A stretch of DNA of 44,737 nucleotides from Candidatus Nanohalarchaeota archaeon QJJ-9 (GTDB lineage: Archaea; Nanohalarchaeota; Nanosalinia; Nanosalinales; Nanoanaerosalinaceae), in contig JALIDQ010000002.1 in the NCBI GenBank assembly GCA_022865275.1, positions 1 through 44,737 of the forward strand, given 5' to 3'. The translations under genes and the position numbers were made by a program. The notes below the pieces were generated by a model that saw only the letters and a program-made list of their open reading frames with translations, did no database searches and was not told the origin of the DNA. Position 1 is the first letter of the stretch. The number at the start of each line of letters is the position of its first letter. This document shows, piece by piece, positions 27,750-35,646 of this stretch.

Positions 27750-29033
27750 CTAAGGCTGGAAACGGTTAGGTGTTCTTGGGAACGGAATCGTATCTCTGAT
27801 ATGGTCCATGTCCGTTATCCAACGGATAAGGCGTTCTATGCCTAGTCCGAAGCCGGAGTGGGGGACAGAACCGTACTTCCTCAGGTCAAGGTACCAGGTA
27901 TAATGGTCCAGATCCGCTCCTTCTTCCTTTAAACGGTCTATCAGAACCTGGTTATCCGTCTCTCGTTCAGATCCTCCTATCATCTCTCCGTATCCTTCTG
28001 GAGCGATAACGTCATCACATAGGACCTGCTCCGGCTTTTCTGGGTCGCTCTTCATGTAGAACGACTTCGCCTCGACAGGATACTTTTCAACGGTCAAAGG
28101 CTCTTTCCTGTCCTCTGTAAGGAAGCGTTCCTCAGGTGTTCCGAAGTCGTCTCCCCATTCGATGCCGAAACCTTCTTCCTGAAGCTTTTCGACCGCTTCA
28201 GTGTAAGTCATTCTATCAAAGGGAGCGCTTACTGAAGCTATTACTTCAGGGTCTCTTCCCAGAGCCTCAAGCTCCTCCGACCTTTCCTCCACTACTTTCT
28301 GGCAGATATGTTCGATAAGCTTTTCCTGTATCTCCATGTTCTCTTCGTGGTCGACCCATGCTGCTTCAGGCTCGAGGTGCCAGTACTCTGTAACATGCCT
28401 CTTAGTCTTCGACTTCTCCGCTCTAAAGCTCGGAGCGAAGGCAAAGACTTTCTCCAGCGAAAAGGTTAACGCCTCAGCGTACATCTGCCCTGACTGGGAA
28501 AGGTAGGCGTCTTCTCCAAAGTAGTCTAGGTTGAACAGTGTTGAGCCTCCTTCACACGCTGATGCGGTAATCAGTGGGGGCTGAACCTCTATCCAACCTC
28601 TTTCCTTGAAGAAGTTCCTTGCCGCGTCTATTATAGTTTCCCGCACTTTCATCATGTTCCTCATCTTCCCGCTTCTAATCCATAGGTGGCGTTTGTCCAG
28701 TAGGAATGAGGTTGATTTGTCGTCTGTTATCGGGAACCTTTCTGCGTTATGTATAACATTTATATTCGAGGCATGGACTTCGTAGCCGGTTGGAGCTCTT
28801 TCGTCCTCGTGGATAGTGCCTTCTATCTCTACTGAGGACTCTATACGTATGTCCGCGGCTTTTTCGAACGTTTCTTCTTCTACCTCATCTTCCTTGAAGA
28901 CGCATTGTATCGTACCTGTCTTGTCCCTAAGCCTTACAAACGCGACCTTATTGCTTGAGCGCTCCCTGTAAACCCATCCTCTGAGTTTCACTTCTGCGCC
29001 TTCTCCTTTTTCCTCTGCCTCTTCTATATACAT
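27750..29033 (-). CDS. asnS: Asparagine--tRNA ligase
   Basis: OB fold (LRGWV...FVRLRD), CEGGSTLF, YLSQSGQMY, motif 2 FRAEKSKTKRHVTEYWHLE, EMIGGSERE, WYLDLRKYGSVPHSGFGLGIER. Confidence 0.93.
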   Translation of the reverse strand: MYIEEAEEKGEGAEVKLRGWVYRERSSNKVAFVRLRDKTGTIQCVFKEDEVEEETFEKAADIRIESSVEIEGTIHEDERAPTGYEVHASNINVIHNAERFPITDDKSTSFLLDKRHLWIRSGKMRNMMKVRETIIDAARNFFKERGWIEVQPPLITASACEGGSTLFNLDYFGEDAYLSQSGQMYAEALTFSLEKVFAFAPSFRAEKSKTKRHVTEYWHLEPEAAWVDHEENMEIQEKLIEHICQKVVEERSEELEALGRDPEVIASVSAPFDRMTYTEAVEKLQEEGFGIEWGDDFGTPEERFLTEDRKEPLTVEKYPVEAKSFYMKSDPEKPEQVLCDDVIAPEGYGEMIGGSERETDNQVLIDRLKEEGADLDHYTWYLDLRKYGSVPHSGFGLGIERLIRWITDMDHIRDTIPFPRTPNRFQP

Positions 29034-29260
29034 TGTACCTTATCCTTTCACACGAATCTTTTTAAAATCAACTGCTGTTGTAGGGAGTATGTGAATCTTA
29101 AGCTGTGATTATTGACTTTTTGTCAACTTTTATGCTATTTACTAACGTATATGTTAGAAATACTCCTATACTCTGGAAAAACTGCATCAGGTTTTCTAGC
29201 CCTGATTTTCTTCTTAAATATTTATGTGTACGTGACTAATTTAGTTCTAGGTGCATTACT

Positions 29261-31258
29261 GTGAAAAAGACAGCTGCTGTCGCGATACTTACTGCTTTAA
29301 TGTTGGTAACTCCAGCCGTTGCTGAAACTTCAAACAGTACTGGTTTTCAGATAGTGACTGTAGAGGGAGAAGATGCTTCTAAGGTCAATGAGATAAAGAT
29401 AGGATACCGCGACGGTATAGAGGTAGGTCTGGAAAACGCTGATTATGAGAACGCGAAGTTTGTAGCCTACCTTGACGGTCAGGAGATGTTTATGGGCGAC
29501 GATGAAGAGATCTCCATAAGACCGGATTATAAGCTCAGCACTGGAAAACAGGAGCTGAGAATTGAAAGACAGTCAAGGAGAGAGGAGGACGTTTCCAGGA
29601 CAACGATGATTGACATCAGGGAGATCGACAGAGAGAGGGATGACGAAACCAACGTTGATTCTGAGGATATGGAAACCGTTAACGGCTCTGATAGTGAGGA
29701 TTTCGCGATCGCAACTGTCAAAGGACAGGACGCGGACCAGGTGAATGGCCTTGACGTGGAGGTCGGCGAAAATGTAGATATCGGTCTTGAAGGAGCTGAA
29801 TTCGAGGAAGACAAGCTCAGAGCTTTTATTGACGGGACAGAGATGCATGTCGAAGAAGGAGGAGTTACCATGGTTCGTGACATTAAAAACGTTGGAAAAG
29901 GACAGCACGAGCTTAAGCTTCAATACTACTACGAGGGAGAAGGCACGTTAAACGCTTCTACACAGATAGATATCAAGGATATTGAGGAAGATAGGGATTT
30001 AAGTAGGTCGGAACCCGGCGATTTCAAAATCGAGAGCATTGCAGGACAGGAAGCAGACCGGGTTAACGATCTAGAGCTTTCTGAAGGCGATAGGATTGAT
30101 TTTGAGCTTGATGGTATAGACAGAGGGAAGTACAGGTTCGAAGCGTTCATAGACGGTATAGAGCTCCCAGCACCCGAGGACGGAATAGTTTTGACCTCGA
30201 AAGTGGGAGATCTTGAAGAAGGCAGTTATACGTTAAGGATTGCCAGCATATTTGACGATGAAGAAGCGACTGACGCGGAGACAGAGGTAGAGGTGACAGA
30301 CGTAGAAACACGCGAAGAAAAAAGGATGCCGGACGAGTTAGATACTGAACTGTACGACCCGGACTTTAATCCTGACGTGGAGGGTCAGAAAGTGGAGAGA
30401 AACGATGGGAGTATTGTAATAACTGCTACAGAGGAATCGCTAAGTAGCGATGACAAAGTTGTTGTAGGTGACAGTATAGAGGATTTAACCGAAGTAAAAC
30501 TTCGTTACAAGAGAGGAGCCGGCGGTTTAGGTGGCGGTGTAAAGCTAAAGATTGAGAAGGAAGATCCTTCATCTGTCGAGAACGAGGATATGGAAGTATA
30601 TTCAGTCCTCGAGCTCTCAGGCCAAAACCTTGAGTTAATAGGTCCGGTTTTGAAGTTTGCTGTGGAGAACGAATGGGCTGACCAGTACGGCTTCGACGAA
30701 GCTGCCCGTGAAAGAGGTGGAAGCCGGGGTTCAAAGGCTGAAATCGCGTTTTACGATGTTGAAGAGGACTGGCAACGTATGGGAGCCTATATTAGAGATA
30801 CGACAAGCACCCACAGTATCTACCATCTACAACCCTTCAGGCTGGACGAGGATATGAGTCTTGAGAGCAAGACTAACACTATAGCTATCGGCGGGAACCC
30901 TGAAGGTGGTCTAGTCTACGCTGTAAGCCCTCAGGGTCAGTGTGAGAGCTTTAAATCAGAGGAAGAGATTCCTAGTGGATACGAAGTTATAGAAAAATCC
31001 TGTATCGAGCGTGAAGAGCTTTCAAGGGAGAAAGAACAGCTTAGAGGCAGGATAAATGACTTGATGGAGGATATAAAAGGAAATGAGGACAGGGGAAGTG
31101 AAGAACATGTTGAAAGGCTGCAGAATGCTACAGACGAGCTTGAGAAAGGGAATATCGACAGGGCGGAGCAGATCTATGAAGAGGTGCAGAAAGAGACTGC
31201 AAAAAGCTTCCTAAGAGGGTTCATAATCAAGGTAGTTCAGGATATCCTACCGTTTTAG
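29261..31258 (+). CDS. Secreted acidic surface protein with three ~95-aa internal repeats
   Basis: GTG start with AGGTG SD; signal peptide; repeats beginning FQIVTVEG, FAIATVKG and FKIESIAG; PGF-pre-PGF-like segment; Cys pair; C-terminal coiled coil. Confidence 0.85.
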   Translation: MKKTAAVAILTALMLVTPAVAETSNSTGFQIVTVEGEDASKVNEIKIGYRDGIEVGLENADYENAKFVAYLDGQEMFMGDDEEISIRPDYKLSTGKQELRIERQSRREEDVSRTTMIDIREIDRERDDETNVDSEDMETVNGSDSEDFAIATVKGQDADQVNGLDVEVGENVDIGLEGAEFEEDKLRAFIDGTEMHVEEGGVTMVRDIKNVGKGQHELKLQYYYEGEGTLNASTQIDIKDIEEDRDLSRSEPGDFKIESIAGQEADRVNDLELSEGDRIDFELDGIDRGKYRFEAFIDGIELPAPEDGIVLTSKVGDLEEGSYTLRIASIFDDEEATDAETEVEVTDVETREEKRMPDELDTELYDPDFNPDVEGQKVERNDGSIVITATEESLSSDDKVVVGDSIEDLTEVKLRYKRGAGGLGGGVKLKIEKEDPSSVENEDMEVYSVLELSGQNLELIGPVLKFAVENEWADQYGFDEAARERGGSRGSKAEIAFYDVEEDWQRMGAYIRDTTSTHSIYHLQPFRLDEDMSLESKTNTIAIGGNPEGGLVYAVSPQGQCESFKSEEEIPSGYEVIEKSCIEREELSREKEQLRGRINDLMEDIKGNEDRGSEEHVERLQNATDELEKGNIDRAEQIYEEVQKETAKSFLRGFIIKVVQDILPF

Positions 31259-31292
31259 GGAAATTAGCTGGATCCAATTCTGCGCTAGTAAT

Positions 31293-31453
31293 TGCGCTGG
31301 CCGGGATTTGAACCCGGGTCGCCGGCTATTTTCTCTCATGCCCCTCGGAGCGGAAGTGATATTCAGAGCGGTTCACTTTGAACCGGTCATTGCGTCCTCA
31401 GAGCGTAACCTGAGTCGGGAAGCCGGAGTCTTACCGAGCTGGACCACCAGCGC
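31293..31453 (-). tRNA. tRNA-Gly(CCC) with an 88-nt intron at 37/38 (intron 31328-31415)
   Basis: Acceptor GCGCTGG/CCAGCGC with A73; anticodon stem CCGGC/GCCGG, loop TT-CCC-G|A; T arm CCGGG-TTCAAAT-CCCGG. Confidence 0.9.
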
Positions 31454-31574
31454 TTAGAGAGACTTTCTTGACCAGATTTTTATCTTCTTCGATTGTAAGG
31501 TTCTTCCTTTAGAAATAGATAAAAACAAGAATAATAAGAAGAAAAAATCTTCAAACGCTTCAGATGCAGAGGGA

Positions 31575-31775
31575 TCAAAGAACCTCTACGTTTGCTGCCT
31601 TAGGGCCATCTTCCGACTCTTCTGTCTCGAACTCGACGTCATCTCCTTCCTGGATTTCCTCACCGTCCACGTCACTGATATGGAAGAAGAGATCGTCTTC
31701 GTCCTCGTCAGCGTCTTCGGGCTGAATAAAGCCGTACTTCTTGACGTCGTGGAAGAAAGCTACTTCACCTTTCAA
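31575..31775 (-). CDS. csp: Cold-shock protein (CSD), very acidic
   Basis: KGEVAFF...KYGFI (RNP1)...LFFHIS (RNP2)...GPKAANV; TTG start at 31775 behind a strong SD GGAGGTG. Confidence 0.93.
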   Translation of the reverse strand: MKGEVAFFHDVKKYGFIQPEDADEDEDDLFFHISDVDGEEIQEGDDVEFETEESEDGPKAANVEVL

Positions 31776-31862
31776 AACTTTCACACCTCCTTTAGATACC
31801 AAACAATGCGGGGGCCAGCTTTTAAAATTGTGGCCCTTCCCCTTCCCGAATAAAGTTCTCCA

Positions 31863-31933
31863 TGGCAGGGCTGGGATTTGAACCCAGGTCCACGGCGCCC
31901 GAGGCCGCGATGATACCGCTACACCACCCCGCC
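31863..31933 (-). tRNA. tRNA-Pro(CGG), no intron
   Basis: GGCGGGG/CCCTGCC-A; anticodon arm GCGGC-CT-CGG-GC-GCCGT; T arm CTGGG-TTCAAAT-CCCAG. Confidence 0.93.
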
Positions 31934-31994
31934 AAATATTGCTTTCAAAAAGGCTCTAGAGAAGAATGGGTTATCCGGAGATTAAAAACCTGTT

Positions 31995-33452
31995 CTAGAG
32001 AACCGCAGGAACAATCGAAAAAGCAAGTATTCCAACGAATACAAAGAGTGTAAACGCAGACACTACTCTTGAAAGACCGCCTTCCCATTCAGGCTTGTAA
32101 TGTTCGACGAGAGTTGAAAACATCCAGCCTCCGTCGAGAGGCTTTAGAGGAAGCATGTTGAAGACTCCCACTCCTAGATGGATCATTGTAAGGAACAGAA
32201 ACAGCTTCATGAGGACAAGTACAGGCGTTTCCAGCCAGGCAAGTCCCGCCTTTACTTCCCGTTCAGGCAGTACAGCGATACCTAGGTAAGGTTCTTCCTT
32301 ATTTTCTATCTTCCCACCCAGCTTTTCTATCCTCTCATCCGCTTTATCGTCCAGAGAGTCGTAGTCCTCTTTTATCCACTTCCATCTCAGAAGTTGCGTC
32401 TCCTTGTCTTCAGGAACGATGAAATTATTATGCTCTTCGTAGGTCTCTATACTGCCCGGAAACCTCGATTCCAGCGGAACCAGAACATAATCCACCGGGG
32501 CGGGCGAGTAAGACTTGTTTTTCTCAGGCTTTACTCCTATTTTAACAGTTTTGTTGAAACTTGTGCCGTTATAATTCCCTCTTACCTCTATAGAATCGTT
32601 GATTGTAAGATTCGAAGCTTCTTCAAAGTCTTTTAGGTCTTTTATCTCCTCGCCGTTCATATAGGTGACTACCATACCTTTCTTTAGGCCAGCCTCCTCC
32701 GCAGCTGTACCATTGACCACCTGAGCTACCTCAACTCCTTCGTGGTTGTACAAGCCTTTTACCTCTCTTCCGCCATGTGTTCCAGTAGTAGCTCCGAATA
32801 TTACAAGGAAGACTATAAAAGCTACTGTAATATTTGAAAAACTACCTGCAGCAAGCACTCTTAGCTTTGAAATCCAGTTACCATTGCTCCAAGGAGGTCC
32901 TTCGCTTGTTTTTTCCTCCTCGCTTCCAGGCATCATGTCCTCTCCTTCAGGCTCTACAAAAGCTCCTGGGATTATCCCTAGTATGAACCAGCCTACTGAT
33001 TTGATATTGAATCCCTCGTTCCTTCCTACCACACCGTGCATAAGCTCGTGTACCGCTGCTACAGAACCTATCGCAACTATCCAATACCAGAACGGAATGA
33101 GCATAACTCCCGGCCTAAGGCTTAACTGCGTGGAAGGAGTCGGTAAAACTAGCCTTACCCCAGCAACCGCCTCCGGAACCATAATAACCTTCAGGAAGTT
33201 CTTTGTAAGGAAGTATAGAGCTACCGCCATCACTCCAAACGCTACAAGGACTCCTAAGCTAGACCATACCTTCCATAGTCTTGGAAAACGTTTTGCCACT
33301 CTGTCCAGTAATTCTATTCCTTTATCCGTCCTCCTTACAAAAAGTATCGACTTTCTCTCGATTTTATCCTGATCGCGCCAGAGAAAATATGCGACTGCTA
33401 GAACGAATAAAACTATCGCGGTATTGTTAAGAGTCAGGAGACCTTCTAGCAT
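31995..33452 (-). CDS. Site-2 protease (M50) with a PDZ domain
   Basis: HELMH zinc motif, GAFVEP, AGSFSN, PDZ (AEEAGLKKG), NMLPLKPLDGG. Confidence 0.94.
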   Translation of the reverse strand: MLEGLLTLNNTAIVLFVLAVAYFLWRDQDKIERKSILFVRRTDKGIELLDRVAKRFPRLWKVWSSLGVLVAFGVMAVALYFLTKNFLKVIMVPEAVAGVRLVLPTPSTQLSLRPGVMLIPFWYWIVAIGSVAAVHELMHGVVGRNEGFNIKSVGWFILGIIPGAFVEPEGEDMMPGSEEEKTSEGPPWSNGNWISKLRVLAAGSFSNITVAFIVFLVIFGATTGTHGGREVKGLYNHEGVEVAQVVNGTAAEEAGLKKGMVVTYMNGEEIKDLKDFEEASNLTINDSIEVRGNYNGTSFNKTVKIGVKPEKNKSYSPAPVDYVLVPLESRFPGSIETYEEHNNFIVPEDKETQLLRWKWIKEDYDSLDDKADERIEKLGGKIENKEEPYLGIAVLPEREVKAGLAWLETPVLVLMKLFLFLTMIHLGVGVFNMLPLKPLDGGWMFSTLVEHYKPEWEGGLSRVVSAFTLFVFVGILAFSIVPAVL

Positions 33453-33569
33453 AGAAACAACCTTCTCAGAGAACAGTTAAAAAAGTGGAGTATCCTGTAG
33501 AAAATTTCCTAGACAGTTCCAGATTTTTAACATTCCAAGACAAAATTTAAACCAGAGCCGGGACCTAAA

Positions 33570-34190
33570 ATGGAGAGGAAGTATTACGCAATAAAGCTCA
33601 GCATAGCTATGATCTTTGTCTATCTCCTACAGTTCCTTTTACCCTCACTAACCCAGCACCTAGCTTTTCAGGCTTCATCGTTCCTAACAAGACCCTGGAC
33701 CTTTGTTTCAAGTATCTTTGCGCATTCTCAGACCGATTTGATGCATCTTTTGAACAACCTGTTCTTCCTCGCTCTGTTTGGAAGTATATTAGAGGGAGAA
33801 GTAGGTTCCAGGCGTTTTCTTGGAGCCTTTCTTTTAACCGGCTTGTTTGCAAACCTTTCTGCGTTCTTCTTTTATCCTGAATCACTTGTACTTGGAGCAT
33901 CAGGAGCTATCTCCGGTATAGTTGCGGCACTCGCAATCTACAAGCCCCGTCAGATAGGGCTTTTCTGGGGTGTTCCTGTTCCTATGTGGGTTGCATTTCT
34001 GGGATGGATTGTAACAAACCTTGTAGGATTTGGTGCAGAGTCTTCTATAGCTTTTGAAGCCCATCTTTTTGGCCTATTCGCAGGCTCAATCTATGGGGCC
34101 TATCTAAGAAATAAAAGAGAGAGAAAAAAGAAAAGCAAGGAATCGGTAGATGAGGAGGAGATAGAGAAATGGGAGGAAAGGTTTATGTAA
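33570..34190 (+). CDS. Rhomboid family intramembrane serine protease
   Basis: PWTFVSSIFAH, HLLNN, GASG (catalytic Ser), AHLFG (catalytic His). Confidence 0.94.
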   Translation: MERKYYAIKLSIAMIFVYLLQFLLPSLTQHLAFQASSFLTRPWTFVSSIFAHSQTDLMHLLNNLFFLALFGSILEGEVGSRRFLGAFLLTGLFANLSAFFFYPESLVLGASGAISGIVAALAIYKPRQIGLFWGVPVPMWVAFLGWIVTNLVGFGAESSIAFEAHLFGLFAGSIYGAYLRNKRERKKKSKESVDEEEIEKWEERFM

Positions 34191-34191
34191 C

Positions 34192-34299
34192 CTACCAACG
34201 CGGATCTAAGAGAATCATAAACTCCTTTAGCTTCTTCTTAAGCTTCTTCTCCTCTCTTTTAACCACTTTCATCTGCTCGTAGCTTAGTGCTCTTCCCAT
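34192..34299 (-). CDS. Putative 35-aa Lys-rich small protein (not in the ORF track)
   Basis: MGRALSYEQMKVVKREEKKLKKKLKEFMILLDPRW*; SD-like GGAGTGA overlapping the upstream stop; fills the gap to the convergent rhomboid stop. Confidence 0.6.
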   Translation of the reverse strand: MGRALSYEQMKVVKREEKKLKKKLKEFMILLDPRW

Positions 34300-34304
34300 C
34301 CTGC

Positions 34305-34589
34305 TCACTCCAGCCAATCGTTCTCTTCCTGACTTTCCTCTCTCTGCTTGAAATGCTGGCTTTTATCGTCCTGTTTATCCATGTTACCACCTTTCTTTTG
34401 CTTTTCTCCCATTTTACGACCTATTTTGTCTAAATATTCCTCTATATCCACGCCTTCATCCTTGAGAGCGTTTGCATGGTTTTCGATGAGAGAATCAACA
34501 ATCTGGAGCATTTTAGAGAGCTCTTTCTTCTCCTTTACAAGCGTTTCAAGAGCTCCTTTGTGGTATCCGACTTTTTCCTGTTCGGGCAT
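34305..34589 (-). CDS. Conserved-looking hypothetical coiled-coil protein (GYHKGAL motif)
   Basis: N-terminal KVGYHKGALETLVKEKKEL amphipathic helix. Resembles a small uncharacterised DPANN family from recollection; not searched. Confidence 0.75.
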   Translation of the reverse strand: MPEQEKVGYHKGALETLVKEKKELSKMLQIVDSLIENHANALKDEGVDIEEYLDKIGRKMGEKQKKGGNMDKQDDKSQHFKQREESQEENDWLE

Positions 34590-34727
34590 GGTATCAGGAA
34601 ACAGGTAGGGAACAACTATTTAATAAATGTTCACAGACCAGCTTTTTCCTTCTGTTGCTGAAACTATAGAACTCGAATCTGGCTAGTTCTGAAACCGGTA
34701 AAACAATAAAAATAGAATAGGGGGCTT

Positions 34728-35003
34728 CTAACCCCAGAGCTTCTTACCTCTCTCGCTCTTAACTCCATTAACGTAGCTGATCATTCCGGAGAAAAATCCA
34801 ACATATCCTACTGCGATTAGAGCCCAGTTAAGGTTGCCTGTAGGTATCAACTGAGCTATACCGGTAGTAATCACTAGACTAATTACCATAGAGATGATAC
34901 CAGAGATCACAGATTCTTTGAAAGGTTTTAGAAAGTATGCTAGCCCTGAGCCAGCTAAAATAGCGATAGCCCAGTTCATTCCTAACATAGCAAGCTGATT
35001 CAT
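34728..35003 (-). CDS. Small membrane protein (3 TM)
   Basis: Three hydrophobic segments and a basic C-terminus. Confidence 0.7.
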   Translation of the reverse strand: MNQLAMLGMNWAIAILAGSGLAYFLKPFKESVISGIISMVISLVITTGIAQLIPTGNLNWALIAVGYVGFFSGMISYVNGVKSERGKKLWG

Positions 35004-35041
35004 TTGTTTACACCTAATAGAACTATTATCAGACTGATTTT

Positions 35042-35590
35042 TTATAGATTTGCTCTGTACTTAGCCCAGGCGGAAAGAGTTAACGCGTCAGAGACCTCGT
35101 CTGCAAGAACTTCTTCAATACTTTCCTCATCAACCTTCCGCAGTTCATCGGTATCCTGCTCCGCAAAACCTTCCGCTAATAGGATGTAAGCTTTTGAATC
35201 TATAAGACTGTTGAACGGATAAATCTCCCCGATTAACTCTACACTCTGAGGCTGTATCCCTAGCTCTTCATCAACCTTCATCTCCGCCGCATCTTCCGGA
35301 TCCTCTTCCTCACTTATTCCCCCGTTTATGAACTCTAAGGATTTTTTGTTCGTAGCGTATCGTACATCCTCGGTCATATAGAAGTTTCCAGAATCATCTT
35401 TTGCAATCACTACAAGAGAACTATCCATCTTGATAAGGTTTCTAGTAGTCTCTGTTCCGCTAGGAGTGACTACCTTGTTCTCCTGCAGTTCCATCAAAAG
35501 ATTCGCGTAGACAGTATTTCTCTCCTTAGTCTCCCATTTTTCCTCTGGCATAAAGAAAGGTTTGGGTTCCTGACTTAAATCGTTATCCAA
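35042..35590 (-). CDS. Nudix-fold protein (ADP-ribose pyrophosphatase-like) with a degenerate Nudix box
   Basis: SLEFINGGISEEEDPEDAAEMKVDEELG aligns to GX5EX7REUXEEXGU but lacks RE; start uncertain (TTG 35590 or ATG about 35551). Confidence 0.8.
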   Translation of the reverse strand: MDNDLSQEPKPFFMPEEKWETKERNTVYANLLMELQENKVVTPSGTETTRNLIKMDSSLVVIAKDDSGNFYMTEDVRYATNKKSLEFINGGISEEEDPEDAAEMKVDEELGIQPQSVELIGEIYPFNSLIDSKAYILLAEGFAEQDTDELRKVDEESIEEVLADEVSDALTLSAWAKYRANL

Positions 35591-35646
35591 TATCCGAGCG
35601 CTCGGAGTTATCTATCATTTTAAAAATAGGCGCATAGTTTTTCCTT

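Noticed and set aside
29040-29260. AT-rich spacer as a replication origin
   Set aside because: No convincing ORB elements with G-strings and no cdc6/orc1 in the window.
31275-31300. Short repeat TGCGCT beside the tRNA-Gly 3' end as an att site
   Set aside because: Only 6 bp and directly adjacent; no distal copy or integrase seen.
31862-32053. 63-aa ORF over tRNA-Pro (and likewise 39238-39621 over tRNA-Leu)
   Set aside because: Antisense translations of tRNA genes.
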